Origin: Calditrichia bacterium
Lineage (GTDB): Bacteria > Calditrichota > Calditrichia > JAJRVZ01
Direction of reading: 5' to 3'
Assembly (NCBI GenBank): GCA_963796965.1
Contig: CAWCNS010000009.1
Coordinates: forward strand, 416,001 to 480,000
DNA length: 64,000 nt
Shown here: piece by piece, positions 31,882 through 44,220 of the stretch
Layout: each line of letters begins with the position of its first letter
Numbering within the stretch: the first letter of the stretch is position 1
The notes under the pieces: generated by a model
Database searches by the model: none
Told to the model about the DNA's origin: nothing
What the model saw: the letters and a program-made list of their open reading frames with translations, nothing else
Program-made: the position numbers and the translations under genes

Positions 31882-33825
31882 TTATTCCGGCAGACCGGCT
31901 TTTTTAACGATGGCTTTAAAACGAGGATCTGAGCGATAGGATTTCCAACCAGGATGGATATTTATAAAAATGGCACCTACCCGCACATCAACGGCCTTTT
32001 CGAGATAATAAAACATCTTTTCTTCATCAGATAGTGCCGCATAAACAATAGCAAGATCAAAATAATATTTGGCCTCTTCATCATTTTCCTGCAGGTTGAT
32101 TAATTCATGAAGATAGAATTCGGCCTTTTCACGATTTCCCATACAGGCATATGAATATCCCAATGTGGAATAGGCACGGTGGGGATTGGGAGATAACTGA
32201 TGGAGACTGATTAAATGACTCCAGGGCTTTTTCAAATTCATTTTGCAAGGCATAAACCCAGCCCTTGGTCTCCAAAGCGGCAACAAAATTCGGTTCATAT
32301 TCAAGTGCTCTTTGAGAGTAAACAAGTGCCTCATCGTATTCTTCCCTGCATAGATATATAAAACTGGCCGAGATATGGATAGGTAAGGAAAGGGGATCCA
32401 GACGTAACGCTTTATTTATCGCTTCCACAGCCGAATCAAATCTTTTCAGGGACATCTCCACCATAGCAAGTAACTGATAACTGTCCACCAGATTGTCTGA
32501 CAACTGCAGCGCCTTGATACATGAGTCCCGCGCCCCTTCAATATCCCATTCATACCAGTACTGAACAGAACCCAGAGCAATATGGGTCTCGCCAATATTT
32601 TCATCAAGGTCCAGGGATTTTTGTGCGATCGTCTTTGCCTTGGCAAACAAATTTTCCGTATCTTTCTGCCCCATGGCGCCGATAAGTGTATAACAGCCTG
32701 CCATCAAGGTATGGGCCAAGGCAAAATCAGGCTCAATCTTGATCGCTTCTTCCAAAAAGCCGATTGCTTTCATGGCATCCCGTGGATTCCAGCGGTTAAA
32801 ATAATAACGGCCCTTGAGATATAAATTATGGGCGTCTATGATTTGTAGTGGGTTTCTTTACCAGTGGTTCATCGATTTGGTCAATATTTAATTTTTCCCG
32901 CAATGTATTGCTGATTCGTTTGGCAATATCATCCTGCACGGCAAAAATATCTTCCAAATCACGGTCATAATTCTCCGACCAGAGATGATAGCCATCTGCC
33001 GAATTGATCAGCTGGGCAGTGATTCGTACACGGTTGCCCGCTTTTCGCACACTTCCTTCCAGAACAGAGGAAACTTTCAACTGCGATCCGACCTTCCGGA
33101 TATCAAGATTTTGTCCTTTAAAAGCAAAAGACGAAGTGCGGGAGGTAACCTGTAACCCCTCGACACGCGTAAGGGCATTGAGGATTTCTTCAGTAATGCC
33201 ATCGCTGAAATATTCATTTTCCGTATCCGTACTCATATTGACAAAAGGAAGTATGGCGATGCTTTTTTGGGCGTCCCGTGGTTTTAAATTCAAATTTTCT
33301 ATACGTGGTATGGTCAAACCCTCAATCTGTAAGGCAAATACAGAGACGGGACTTTTGACATTTTTAAGGTCAAACTCCCCCAGAGAGACAGGCTAAGATT
33401 AAAGGTTGGTTTTTTATTTCATCAAACACTTTACCCGAGATCAATACACATCCGGGTGTGGCAAGGGTTTCGATGCGGGAGGTAATATTAACGGCATCGC
33501 CATAGACACCATCATCACTGTAGACAATATCACCCATATGAAGACCGACTCGTAAGGGAATTTTGGGTTCTTTTTGTAACGCCAACTGAATCTCAATAGA
33601 ACAATTCACCGCCTCAATAGCGCTATGAAAGATGCATAAGGTTCCATCGCCATAATATTGTAGAATAGTACCATTATGTTTTGCAACAGAAGATTCCATA
33701 ACTTCGCGATGACGCACACGGTTAGTAATCGCTCTTTTCTCATCCTCCTGCATGAGCGCCGTATAACCAACCATATCGGCAAACATAACAGCAGCTAGTT
33801 GACGGGTACTTTTTTTCATAGACAA
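31882..33825 (-). CDS. Adenylate/guanylate cyclase + TolB-like + TPR protein (frameshifted into 4 ORFs)
   Basis: AAVMFADMVGYT, YYGDG, GDAVNITSR; SIAILPFVNMS..DGITEEI; TPR repeats; YRSDPRF C-terminus. Confidence 0.9.
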
Positions 33826-33948
33826 ATGTGATATTTAGGTAAACTGTTAAATTATCTCTCAATTTAGTGAGATTGAATCTCTAAGGCAATTTGTTGAGAT
33901 CCCTTTTAAACGAGAAAGAATTTTTATATGAAACAGGACGTGGTTTTA

Positions 33949-34338
33949 CTAAAAATCCACAAACGGCGCCGCCCGGCTTTTTGACTTACTGGTAATGCCA
34001 TGATTATAATCCACAATTTCCATGAAATCAATTTCACCACAGGTTGGCCAGCCTACCTTATCCATATTAATACCCAACATCCAAATAGCCGGCCACATGC
34101 CTGTACCGGTTGGCAGTTTGGCACGAACTTCTATTCGGCCATAAACCCAGCTGGCTCTTTCCCGTGTCGTTAAACTAGCCGATGTGTATTCGGCATTGGG
34201 TCGCGATCGTTTCCAATAATTCTTATGATCCTCAGGTATGAATTGGGGATTTGTGTAATTCTCCTGTCTTGCTTCGATAATCAATATACCATCTTCTATT
34301 CTGGCATTTTCTCTTCTTTCCCGGGTATAATATTGCAT
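33949..34338 (-). pseudogene. Internal fragment of a GH16 gene, paralogous to 42077..42918
   Basis: QYYTRERREN...WPAIWMLG...GEIDFME; lacks the signal peptide and the C-terminal half. Confidence 0.85.
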
Positions 34339-34453
34339 CTCCCCATCTCTCCGGTCTAAACAAGTAAGGAGGGGGATAATGGGGGAGGTAATTAAATTCT
34401 TCTTCCTTTGGTAGTGGTTAAAAATCAGATATTCATTAGGGTTAAAAAAATGT

Positions 34454-36028
34454 TTACCTTTCGAAATCGGATTCGTTTACCCATCCCGCCTTTATTTTTT
34501 CTCCTTTTTTATATCTTTTATAGAAATTCCGCGTTGATTTATCGGCATAGATATATTCATCAAAGATATACCCTCTTCCAAACATGCGTGGATCGCCTTG
34601 TCGCTTCAACTCAGCAAATAATTTTTCCTTTAACTTCTTTTTAACATTATTGAATTCTTCCTTTTCGGCAAGATTATTCATACATAGCGGATCATTTTTA
34701 ATATTGTACATTTCTTCTTGCGGACGTTTACCAAACGACAATATCCAGTTCTCTCGGTTTATTGAATTTCTGTTTTGCTTCAAAATTTCAGTTTTCGTTG
34801 GGCTTCCGTCGCAATTTAAATATCCGGTCTCAGGATTGCCCGCAGGCCATCGTGTTGGTTCAAAGTTTTTTATGTATAAATAATTCTCTTTCACGATGCC
34901 TCGTATCGGATATCCCTCATCGTTCGGCCGCCCGATATCATGACGCTCTTTTCCTATTAAAACAAAATTTCTTTGCGGATTAATAGTACCCGTCTTATCA
35001 GAATTAAATATAGCAGTTAAACTTTTACCTTCAATGGGCTGCATGCCGGATTCTTTCTGATTAATCCCCGCCAGCTCAAGAAAAGTTGGCGCAAAATCAA
35101 TAAAATTAACATAATCATCCACAACCCTCCCCGGATTTTTTATCCCTTTCTTCCACATTATCGCCAGGGGGAGATGATTTGAGTATTCGTATTCCTGCCC
35201 TTTGATACGGGGAAAAGGCATGCCATTATCGGCCGTGACAATTACGATTGTATTATCTAATTCATCTCTTTCTTTAAGCATTTGAAGCATTTTCTGTAAA
35301 TGTTTGTCAAAATATTCAATCTCAAAAGCATAATCAAGCATATCTGTTTTGACCGTCTCATTATCCGGCCACATTGAATACACCGAATCGATATCCGTTA
35401 ATTTTTTACCACCTTTTTTAATCCCTGCTTGATATTCGTATCTTCGATGAGGTTCACGTCCACCGTACCAGAAGCAAAACGGTTTGTCCTGGGGTTTGTT
35501 TTCCAGAAAATCTAAAAAATTAGCAGCATAATCATCGGAAGAAATATACTCGGCAGGTGGGGTGGTTTTTCTTTTATTAAAAGGAATACCGGTTAATTGC
35601 CGCTTTTTTCCATTTATTTCCCCCACTATTCCCGGTGCCCAGCCTTTGGCTGTGTAGCCAACAAAATAGGCATTTTCAGTGAGGACCTCCGCATAGGTTT
35701 TGAATTTATCAGGAAAGTAACACCAATGATTCGCCGCTTCTTCCAACTGCCAGGAATTTCTACCGGTTAATATACAGGCCCGGGAAGGTGCACATTTGGC
35801 ATTTGGTGTATAGGCATTTGAAAAAAGTATACCTTCTCTGGCAACCTGATCAAATCCGGGCGTTTTAACCCATCTGCACCCATTTGCTCCCATATGAGGA
35901 TAAGAGGCATCGTCAGCAATACAGAACAGGATGTTTGGCCTCGATATATGACCACTATTCTCACACCCAATCGCCATAAATGAAAGCGCTGCAATTGTCA
36001 TCATCAATAAGAAAGCACGTCTTTTCAT
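34454..36028 (-). CDS. Sulfatase (Cys-type; sulfamidase/SGSH-like), lipoprotein signal
   Basis: [31 protein letters not shown]. Confidence 0.93.
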   Translation of the reverse strand: MKRRAFLLMMTIAALSFMAIGCENSGHISRPNILFCIADDASYPHMGANGCRWVKTPGFDQVAREGILFSNAYTPNAKCAPSRACILTGRNSWQLEEAANHWCYFPDKFKTYAEVLTENAYFVGYTAKGWAPGIVGEINGKKRQLTGIPFNKRKTTPPAEYISSDDYAANFLDFLENKPQDKPFCFWYGGREPHRRYEYQAGIKKGGKKLTDIDSVYSMWPDNETVKTDMLDYAFEIEYFDKHLQKMLQMLKERDELDNTIVIVTADNGMPFPRIKGQEYEYSNHLPLAIMWKKGIKNPGRVVDDYVNFIDFAPTFLELAGINQKESGMQPIEGKSLTAIFNSDKTGTINPQRNFVLIGKERHDIGRPNDEGYPIRGIVKENYLYIKNFEPTRWPAGNPETGYLNCDGSPTKTEILKQNRNSINRENWILSFGKRPQEEMYNIKNDPLCMNNLAEKEEFNNVKKKLKEKLFAELKRQGDPRMFGRGYIFDEYIYADKSTRNFYKRYKKGEKIKAGWVNESDFER

Positions 36029-36117
36029 TATTATTTCCAATGTTTTACATTGGTGGTTGCAGTTTAGATAATTTTGACAAAAAAATGTTTTTATCTGTCC
36101 GACTAAGCAAAATCTAT

Positions 36118-36166
36118 TCCCCCTTTTCCCGAAGGGACTCCTTTGGAGGAAGGGGGTTAGGGGGAT
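36118..36166. repeat. C-rich/G-rich hairpin repeat with an internal small hairpin
   Basis: cccccttttc-ccgaagggactcctttgg-aggaagggggttagggggat. Confidence 0.65.
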
Positions 36167-36192
36167 GTTTCTATATGAATAATGCCATAAAT

Positions 36193-39177
36193 TTAGTTTT
36201 CTTTATATTCCACAACCATCTTCATCATATTCATGACGAATTGACACGCTACCACATCATATCTAACATCATAAATACCCTTTTTCCGAGGATTATGTGT
36301 TAGTCTGCCTTTGGTAATAAGTTGTGATAAGATCAATTTCCCTTTTTCATCGCCAAAATCGATCCAGATAACCGGTGTTTGAAGTAAACTTCTCCCACAA
36401 TTAACCAAAGGTTGGATTGCTTTGGCTTTTCCACCCTGTGCTGATTGATACCCCCTGGCCAGGTCAATTATCTGTACAGGGGCTTTAAAATTTATTGATC
36501 CCGCCAGAGACGGGGCATCTTCCACAAGAAACCTAACTTCTTCCTTTAGTGCTTCCATGACCCTTTGATCGTTGGGCTGATCAGAAAAGCGATAAAATCC
36601 TTGTAAATCATAGGCGAAATAATTCTCAGAAAGAATTTTCGCTTCCTCCGCTCCCCGGGTTAACCATTTTGACAAATAGGCGTCAGGACTTAAGCCTGCT
36701 ATTTCCATGTGAGTTGCAGGAACGATCAATCCTCCTCTTAAACCGTTCCACATCCAGGTATGATCTCGGGGAATATCCTCCCAAAGCATATTGTTAGTTT
36801 TATCAGGATGAATATGGCTCTCCGGTTCGGCAATTTTCTTAAATGATAAATCTATACCATTTACAAGCGTATATTTGTTTTCCCTAGTATTATTAATTTT
36901 AAACCTGGATTGCAGGTATGATATTTTTTGATCCTCATCCACGTATCCCTGGCCAAGAAACATATCTCCTATGTCGAGCATGACCACAGAAATACCTGAG
37001 TTAATCGCTTTCTCAATAATATCTATCGTTTCCCTGTCGTCATCTGCAATTTTAGCCCATGTTTTCGCTGAAAGAAGAATGATATCTGCTCTTGGATCAC
37101 CATAATGAGTTGTATTCATATTATTTTTTGTTGAAAACATGAGAAGCTCATCTTCATATGAGGGGATGGCAATTTTGATATTTTTTAAGCGGTCAGGGAC
37201 TTTTAATTGATATACATTTATTTGCCATTCCGATATAACCGGATATTTCACTGATCCTGGTGGATTTAATAATTCTGCCCTAATGTAATATTTACCTTCC
37301 TTTTCAGGAAGGGTCAAGGGAAATGTATCAATCTGTTTTGTGTACGCGAAAAGTTTTTTCTTGATGGACTGCTGGGATAGAACCTTTCCAATTGAATCTT
37401 CAACACTAAGGTTTACATTAAAAAGATCATTACTGCCAGTATCGTTAAAAAAATAGATTGGAAAAGTAACCGTTTGGTTGGGGATAAAATTCCTGTCCCA
37501 GATTTCTATACTCACCGATTTGGGGGACCAGGCAGCGGTTAGAGCATTCCAAACCGGTTTGAGTTTTCCCTGATGGATATCTCCCATATACCAATGATTT
37601 CCATCCTCAAAACTTCCTAATATGCAGAAGGGAGAGAAGCCGGCGGCACCAATTCTACGCCAGTATTCAGCTACCTGCGAGTTAGAAATGGCATGGTGGC
37701 GTAGTCTCTGCTCTACCGTATGTCCCCTTCCTAAAAGACGCATATAGGCCTCTTTTAAAGTCGAATAGCCCCCCAGGTTACCTTCACCGTCCAAATAATT
37801 TCCTCCAAATTCATCTACCATAATCGCCTTGGGAAATTCTTCATAGCTATCGTAGAATAAGCCTAAGTTTTCAAACAAACTCCACCAGTACTTGTGAATG
37901 TGTAAAACATCCCGCTCCTCCAAAACAAGGTCAGGATAAAAGGGTAGAATTTGGTTTAGGGCATCCCAGGCGATTTCTAATCGTTCGTCATCCGTTTCAT
38001 TATAAGGATGAACAAGCGCAACGCAGGGATGCTTCATAGCAAGGTCTAACCAATTTGGCCATTGCTCAATCAGACTTTGTTTGGAGGCCTCCATACCATG
38101 AAAAAAATGCCACTCGTATTGCACCAACAGGCCGTATTTGTCACAAAGATCAAGAAATCGTTCCGGAGGATTTCCCAGATGGAAGCGTAATGTATTTGCC
38201 CCCCGGTCTTTTAATGGCATAATCACCTTGTTTTTAAACCAGGTTGTATCATAAAGAATATCTTTGGTTTCTAAATCTCTGGACCATCTATGCCAAACCA
38301 CCGTTCCGGCGGCGACTTTACAAGGTGTACCATTCAGGTAAAACTGTTTATCTTTTACTTCAAATCGTTTAATTCCGATCGTGATTGGCTCATAATCCAG
38401 CAGGCCGTTTTGATTCCTTATGAAGAAGTTGATTTTATACAAATTAGGATTATCAGGGGTCCATAGCTCTAATTTATTTCCGTACTTAAATTCTATTTCA
38501 CCCTTTAATCCACTTTTTTTGAACTCGTTTTTTATTAATCTATCACCCTGCATAGTGATGATTTCTATATCAATAAAATATGAGGACACTTCTTTTTGAA
38601 TTTCTATATTTTCAAGCGTGTATTTGAGATTTATGGTTTTATTCTCGATATCATAAGAAGGAACAAGTCTGGTGATTCTGATCTCTTTATGGAATTTTAT
38701 AGCCACATCATCCCATAGATAAGATGATATATTTGAGCGCCAATGGTCGGCTTTTGGAATATAGGATGCATCTCTTTGGGACAAATTGCTTAAAGATGTG
38801 AGTGCAATTTCTAAAATAATGGACCTACCTGGTTTGATATTTTTGCTTCTGAGCAGATGAAATGTTGGCGCCATTCCCCCCGGTTTATGAGATACCTGAA
38901 TCCCATCAACGTAAACTTCCGGAGCAAATCTTGCCCCTTTTAATTGAAGGGTTGCATATTTCCAATCACCTGTCGGAAGTTTAACTTCTCGTTTATACCA
39001 AATTTTATTGGCACTAAAATGGGAAGGAGATGTCACTATTCCCGGGACCACAACCTGTTTGTCATATAGTCTGTTTACACCAAATTCCCATCGCCCATTC
39101 AGGCTTACCTGTTGGGGATAAGCATTTGACACAAACATAATAAGAATAGATGAAAGAAAGGTGAGCATCGTTTTCAT
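36193..39177 (-). CDS. Glycoside hydrolase family 2 protein (about 1000 aa)
   Basis: [51 protein letters not shown]. Confidence 0.9.
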   Translation of the reverse strand: MKTMLTFLSSILIMFVSNAYPQQVSLNGRWEFGVNRLYDKQVVVPGIVTSPSHFSANKIWYKREVKLPTGDWKYATLQLKGARFAPEVYVDGIQVSHKPGGMAPTFHLLRSKNIKPGRSIILEIALTSLSNLSQRDASYIPKADHWRSNISSYLWDDVAIKFHKEIRITRLVPSYDIENKTINLKYTLENIEIQKEVSSYFIDIEIITMQGDRLIKNEFKKSGLKGEIEFKYGNKLELWTPDNPNLYKINFFIRNQNGLLDYEPITIGIKRFEVKDKQFYLNGTPCKVAAGTVVWHRWSRDLETKDILYDTTWFKNKVIMPLKDRGANTLRFHLGNPPERFLDLCDKYGLLVQYEWHFFHGMEASKQSLIEQWPNWLDLAMKHPCVALVHPYNETDDERLEIAWDALNQILPFYPDLVLEERDVLHIHKYWWSLFENLGLFYDSYEEFPKAIMVDEFGGNYLDGEGNLGGYSTLKEAYMRLLGRGHTVEQRLRHHAISNSQVAEYWRRIGAAGFSPFCILGSFEDGNHWYMGDIHQGKLKPVWNALTAAWSPKSVSIEIWDRNFIPNQTVTFPIYFFNDTGSNDLFNVNLSVEDSIGKVLSQQSIKKKLFAYTKQIDTFPLTLPEKEGKYYIRAELLNPPGSVKYPVISEWQINVYQLKVPDRLKNIKIAIPSYEDELLMFSTKNNMNTTHYGDPRADIILLSAKTWAKIADDDRETIDIIEKAINSGISVVMLDIGDMFLGQGYVDEDQKISYLQSRFKINNTRENKYTLVNGIDLSFKKIAEPESHIHPDKTNNMLWEDIPRDHTWMWNGLRGGLIVPATHMEIAGLSPDAYLSKWLTRGAEEAKILSENYFAYDLQGFYRFSDQPNDQRVMEALKEEVRFLVEDAPSLAGSINFKAPVQIIDLARGYQSAQGGKAKAIQPLVNCGRSLLQTPVIWIDFGDEKGKLILSQLITKGRLTHNPRKKGIYDVRYDVVACQFVMNMMKMVVEYKEN

Positions 39178-39258
39178 TTTTGTACCTTTGACTTTATAGA
39201 TAGCAAACACAATAAATATGACGTGTGGACTTTCTGCAGGTATTTATATAGGGTATGC

Positions 39259-41131
39259 CTATACCAGGTTGATCCAGACAGGACTTGACCATGCCATATG
39301 GCGATCGGTCTGCGTTATCCGCACATATACCCAACCATCCTCGTTAAATGGTAATTCTCCCTCCAGACGCACAAAATCCTCACCACTGTACTGGAAGATA
39401 GTTTCTTTCTTGTCATTAAAGATAAATTCCACAGTAGCAATGGCATTAGTTGCCGAAATAGTAAGTTCATAGTGAATCAGGTCGGCCGCGCTTTATGGCA
39501 ATCTCACTTCCCATCAGGTGTCCATCCATACGCCAATCCATATACAACCGGTTGCCTGAAGTGGCATAGCAACGACGGTTATATAGCCCGTCGAAAATGT
39601 TCTCACGCGTTAATGAGGGCGCTAGCACCGCTGCCAAACCGCCGTGATAGGTCAGGTTGGTAAATCGGGAGGGGCGCGCGGAAAGACCCGGGGCCCCATT
39701 ATGGTTATCGCTGGCAGCAATAAAGCCAACCCGGTATCCTTCATCAAGAACTTCCCGCGCCGAAATACCGGTCTCCGCTTTATTCATCGTGGTGGCGAAG
39801 TTGTTGATCGGACCGCCTTTCTCCTCGCTTGAACAATGCATGGAGTACATTTCCAGAACCCGCTCATAAAGGGAATTGCCCAGATGGACACGGGTTTGCC
39901 ATATAATGGGATGGTGTGGTATCACCAAAGCCTCATGACCCTCCAGATAAGCGTACAACTCTTCAAGGCTCTCTCCCCTGAAAAGCCCGGGGCAAATTCC
40001 CCGGAAGTATATATTACGGTGACCGGGATATCCGGCGATATCATTTTGTTCAAATCCCTGTAACGTAACAAATTTTCCAGGTTGATTAAACGTCTCGCAG
40101 GCCGATTGGATTTCAGCAAAAGCTTCATCGGACATCTGGGTTCGAAACGGTCCTTCGATTCTGCTCGCCTCCTCTCCGTTATGATCAGCAATAGCACCGA
40201 AGTCAGTGAGGGCAACATCCCGGGCATGTTCAAAATATTCCAGCGGTGTCTTCAGCCCATCACTCAATTTTGTCTTGGCATGAATATCGCCAAAATAGAC
40301 CTGCATGGTTTCAGGGCGGTTATCTATAACAGTAGCAGCGCTCATTTTACTCAGGTTATCGCGGCGATTTGAGACGGCAAGACGGTAGGTTTCCTGGTTA
40401 TCCGGCACAACAACCTCCATCTCTATATAGCCCTGGTCTTCGGGTTTTAACTCAGTCATAGCTATGGGGATGAAAGGGGCCTTTATTTCAGCCAGAAAGA
40501 TGTCGCCTGTGGGGCTGGGGTATGCGCGATTATCACAGTAATCCAATGCAGCTGCACGAACCCGAATGGTCTCCCCCGATTTAGCTACTGCAGGTACGGC
40601 CACGTTAAATCCGGCAGGCGGCGCAGCGATGATGACCGGTTTGGCTGTATCCCTGGCCGGAACACAGGCATAGTCACCCTTTCCCCCCAGGTCGATAACG
40701 GTTCGCATGGCCGAGCGCCAGTTGCCAAACCAGTCCTGGGGAAAACGCTGAATGGTAACGTCTTCGTACCGTATGCGTATCCATCCGTCAGCCGGTTCTT
40801 CTGTATCCTTTATGTGAATCTTGATCCACCACTGTAAATTCTCATTCTGCGAAAGGCTTACTTTACAGGCACCACCCGATCTTTCTGCCCGGACAAAACC
40901 GGGCCCCTGGGCATTGATCTGTGGTTGTGACCAGGTACGAGGTATACTGAAACCTGCGACCGTGTTAACAGGTAGGACCTGCTCGATCGGGAAATAGGTG
41001 AACTGAAAACTGTAACTACACCCAACGATCAGAGGATGCGTTGGATTCATTTCTGTTCGTCCGGGGGCAAGCCTGTATTCTACCCTAGGCAGAGGGCAGC
41101 TTCCCAAGGTAGTCACTATAGATTGGTTCAT
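39259..41131 (-). CDS. DUF3604 / PHP-like metallohydrolase (frameshift near 39480)
   Basis: YFGDIHAKT..SDG, ADHN, GHRNIY, IPHH, GFIAASDNH, RRCYATSG; C-terminus AWSSPVWINLV* in the shifted frame. Confidence 0.82.
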
Positions 41132-41239
41132 CAGGATATTTTTTTTCACCTTCAAGAGGGTCAAGAAAGAAATCCGCTTTTATCATATTTTCCCTTGTTA
41201 ATTGATCTAAAGGCCGGGGACCAACCTATTCAAATACCC

Positions 41240-41824
41240 TTAAAGTTTATCCCTCGGGTTTCGGTAACCCAACCATCGCGGTACACACTGCATATATTCA
41301 ACATACGACTCTTTATAAGTATTAATACAATACCGCTCCTCTACCAGGGCTTCAAAATGAAAACATATCGTCATGATGATAGTCAATAAAATAAATATTC
41401 CTGAAGCTGAAGCGAGGCCTGTTCCCAGACAAATCAAGAGAGTGGCTAAATACATGGGATGTCTTGAAATCCTATACACCCCTTTTTGTATTAATTGATT
41501 TGAAGGTGTGGTCATAAAGCTATAGGTGGCATACGCTAAAACCAACGAACCAATTATAAAAACAAAAAAGCCTGTATAAAACCAAATCGTTCCCAGTAGC
41601 AGGGGCAGAAAGACAGAATAACCCAAAGCGACTAACCAAACGATATTTGCAATGATGCCGATATATTTATCAGTCCCGGAATGTCTCGCCTCATCCGGAA
41701 CATGACTTCGCTTCCTTATATGCTTGCTGGCACAAGTTATCACAATCATCTGCCAAATAAAGACGCTCATGAAGATCCAGGCGTTCCAAAATCCAATCTC
41801 AACAACTGTTGATAGGGACATCAT
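41240..41824 (-). CDS. Isoprenylcysteine carboxyl methyltransferase (ICMT/PEMT) family membrane protein
   Basis: GVYRISRHPMY, EERYC...Y..Y...VPRW. Confidence 0.88.
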   Translation of the reverse strand: MMSLSTVVEIGFWNAWIFMSVFIWQMIVITCASKHIRKRSHVPDEARHSGTDKYIGIIANIVWLVALGYSVFLPLLLGTIWFYTGFFVFIIGSLVLAYATYSFMTTPSNQLIQKGVYRISRHPMYLATLLICLGTGLASASGIFILLTIIMTICFHFEALVEERYCINTYKESYVEYMQCVPRWLGYRNPRDKL

Positions 41825-41846
41825 TCAATCTTTCTTAATATCCTAC

Positions 41847-41960
41847 CGCAGAGATGCTGTATTCAAAAAAATAATTAACAACCGAGAACACCGAAAATAA
41901 TTAATTATAAAAATACCCGGCATCTTGAGGTGATTTCGGTGGTTAAAAATCTTTGTGATC
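41847..41960. repeat. Intergenic inverted-repeat module (CACCGA type), copy 2
   Basis: Direct-orientation homolog of 15441-15578. Confidence 0.8.
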
Positions 41961-42076
41961 ATAGATTTAAATGAGTACGCACAGTTTGTTAAAACTTTTC
42001 TATAATAACAAAGTTTTTAGCTAAATAGCATAAAGTGACAAATAGTCATCAACCGTAAAGATTTAGCAAAAATGTC

Positions 42077-42918
42077 TTATTGGTTAACATCATTTTGATA
42101 AACACGTACATAGTCAACATACATACGCTGAGGAAAAATGGTCGGATCTATTCCCTTTTGCCCGCCCCAACTGCCACCCACGGCGATATTGAGTATTAGA
42201 TAATGCTCTTTATTATAAGGCCAGGCATCATTCCCTGTACCTTCATCACGATAGGAGAAATACATACTGTCATCTACAAAGAATTCAATCCGGTCCTTAT
42301 ACCACTCAATGGCATATACATGGAAAGAGTCCCAGGGCTTAGATGTCTTGATCTTTGATCCTTTTCCAGTACCAATCATATGATTGTACTTTTTAGTGTG
42401 AATATTGGCATGTATCATCTCCGGATTGAAACCTACATTTTCCATAATATCAATTTCACCACAGGCTGGCCATCCAACTTTATCCATGTTTATCCCTAAC
42501 ATCCAAATAGCCGGCCACATGCCTCTACCCGTCGGTAATTTTGCCCGAACTTCTATTCTGCCATGTCGCCAGGCAGCTTTTCTCGCGTTGTTAAACTGGC
42601 AGAGGTGTATTCGGCATTGGGTCGTGATCGTTTCCAATAATTCTTATGATCCTCAGGTATGAATTGGGGATTTGCATAATTCTCATTTCTTGCTTCAATA
42701 ATGAGCATACCATTTTCTACTCTGGCATTTTCTTTTCTTTCCCGGGTGTAATATTGCATTTCCTCATTGCGGACAAATCCTTCTTCATAGGTCCATTTAG
42801 CGTCATTGGGAAGACCCTCGTTATCAAACTCATCAGACCAGACCAATTGCCACTTCTCAGTACAATTCAACTGCGACATGAGCAGGAATACACAAATACT
42901 TAGTAATAATCGTTTCAT
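42077..42918 (-). CDS. GH16 laminarinase-like beta-glucanase, lipoprotein (frameshift near 42580)
   Basis: LVWSDEF, WPAIWMLG, catalytic EIDIME, LNIAVGG, VDYVRVYQ. Confidence 0.92.
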
Positions 42919-42964
42919 TAAATCCTCCCATTTTCCATGATTAACCGATGCTGCTATAAAAAGA

Positions 42965-43063
42965 TAACCACAAAGGACACAAAGCAGGCTCAAAGTTCAC
43001 TAAGTTTTTATAAAGAATATTATCTTTGTGTACTTTGTGCCTTCTTGGCGTACTTAGTGGTAA
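42965..43063. repeat. CACAAAG-type inverted-repeat module
   Basis: aaccacaaaggacacaaagcaggctcaaagttcactaag / ctttgtgtactttgtgccttcttggcgtacttagtggt. Confidence 0.85.
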
Positions 43064-43084
43064 AATTTTCCGTCTCTTCCCTAC

Positions 43085-43513
43085 TTACACAGGCCAGGAT
43101 TGCTCCTGACCGCATTCAAGGCAATTATTGCGATGAGCAGATAATTGTCCATTGCATGAAGAGCATCGCCATTTTTGATTTTCTTTTTTGAGAAACTTTT
43201 CAAGCCCCTGCTCCTTTATATAATTCAAATTTTCTATCATGCTCATATGATACTTACCACGATATCGCTTATCTAACTGTTTTAATCTTTTACAGGGATA
43301 AGTAGGACAGTCATAACAAAATCCTGAGGCGTTCGTCTTTATATGTTCGCAATTCTTAATAATACAGCTTTGACAATACGTCGCTTTGCTTTTGCTTTCA
43401 ATATTACATCCGGGACATGTATTCTTTTCTCTAAGATAGCCGATACAAACGGCACAATTCATACCACAAGGAGCGATCAATATTTTTTGTTCCGTGACAA
43501 GATTAATCAACAT
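43085..43513 (-). CDS. DUF3795 family Cys-rich protein
   Basis: APCGMNCAVC, CPGC, CIIKNC, FCYDC..YPC, C-terminal zinc ribbon. Confidence 0.85.
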   Translation of the reverse strand: MLINLVTEQKILIAPCGMNCAVCIGYLREKNTCPGCNIESKSKATYCQSCIIKNCEHIKTNASGFCYDCPTYPCKRLKQLDKRYRGKYHMSMIENLNYIKEQGLEKFLKKENQKWRCSSCNGQLSAHRNNCLECGQEQSWPV

Positions 43514-43618
43514 ACCCTCCTTTTTTACGTTAACTAAAACTGAATTCTAAAGGTATAAACCGCCCCGAATCTCCCCTGACCTCAGACAGATCATTTCGGC
43601 TTCCTTGCATGCTTTTAA

Positions 43619-44074
43619 TTATTCTGTATAAATTATTACGGTCGTGCGTGCAATGACTTTACTGGACGTTTCGGATAGTTTTTGATGTAGATAAAAATAA
43701 CATGATACCGGATGTTTCAAATTGTTATTTAACCAAATTTGTTCTAATGGATATGATAGATTGACGGTACCAGTTCTTTCTGATAACTCAACACTTGATT
43801 GAGGACCAATAGAAAATGTTTGTCCCTCAACGACCGAAACAAACTTAATAGAGATACTAAAACCAAAATCGCTCTGAATATCTTCAGCAATAGCAAATCG
43901 AAGTGATGCCGCAATCGTATCATTTACCGTAAGTATTGATTCTACCTCTGGTACCAGGGACAGAATTTCAATAAAAGTTTCATTATTATTATCATTGTTG
44001 CTCTCTGTTGTACTTTCCTTACATGAAATGAGCAGTAAAAAAAGTGTAGCTATAATAATCTTAATAACTTTCAT
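43619..44074 (-). CDS. Hypothetical lipoprotein
   Basis: Lipobox LISC; 151 aa. Confidence 0.75.
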   Translation of the reverse strand: MKVIKIIIATLFLLLISCKESTTESNNDNNNETFIEILSLVPEVESILTVNDTIAASLRFAIAEDIQSDFGFSISIKFVSVVEGQTFSIGPQSSVELSERTGTVNLSYPLEQIWLNNNLKHPVSCYFYLHQKLSETSSKVIARTTVIIYTE

Positions 44075-44220
44075 CTTACGCCCTACTTTCTAGTAAACTT
44101 AATAGATTATATGCCTGTATTAAGCATAGCGCTTAGCGCCTTATGCCTGGCGATTATTTACTATTTCTGCTTTTTATTTATTGCTTTTATTCGTATTAAA
44201 TGTAATTCGTGAAATTCGAT

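Noticed and set aside
33949..42760. GH16 duplicate pair as a DGR template/variable repeat
   Set aside because: Mismatches involve all four bases, mostly at third codon positions, and are not adenine-specific; no reverse transcriptase in the window.
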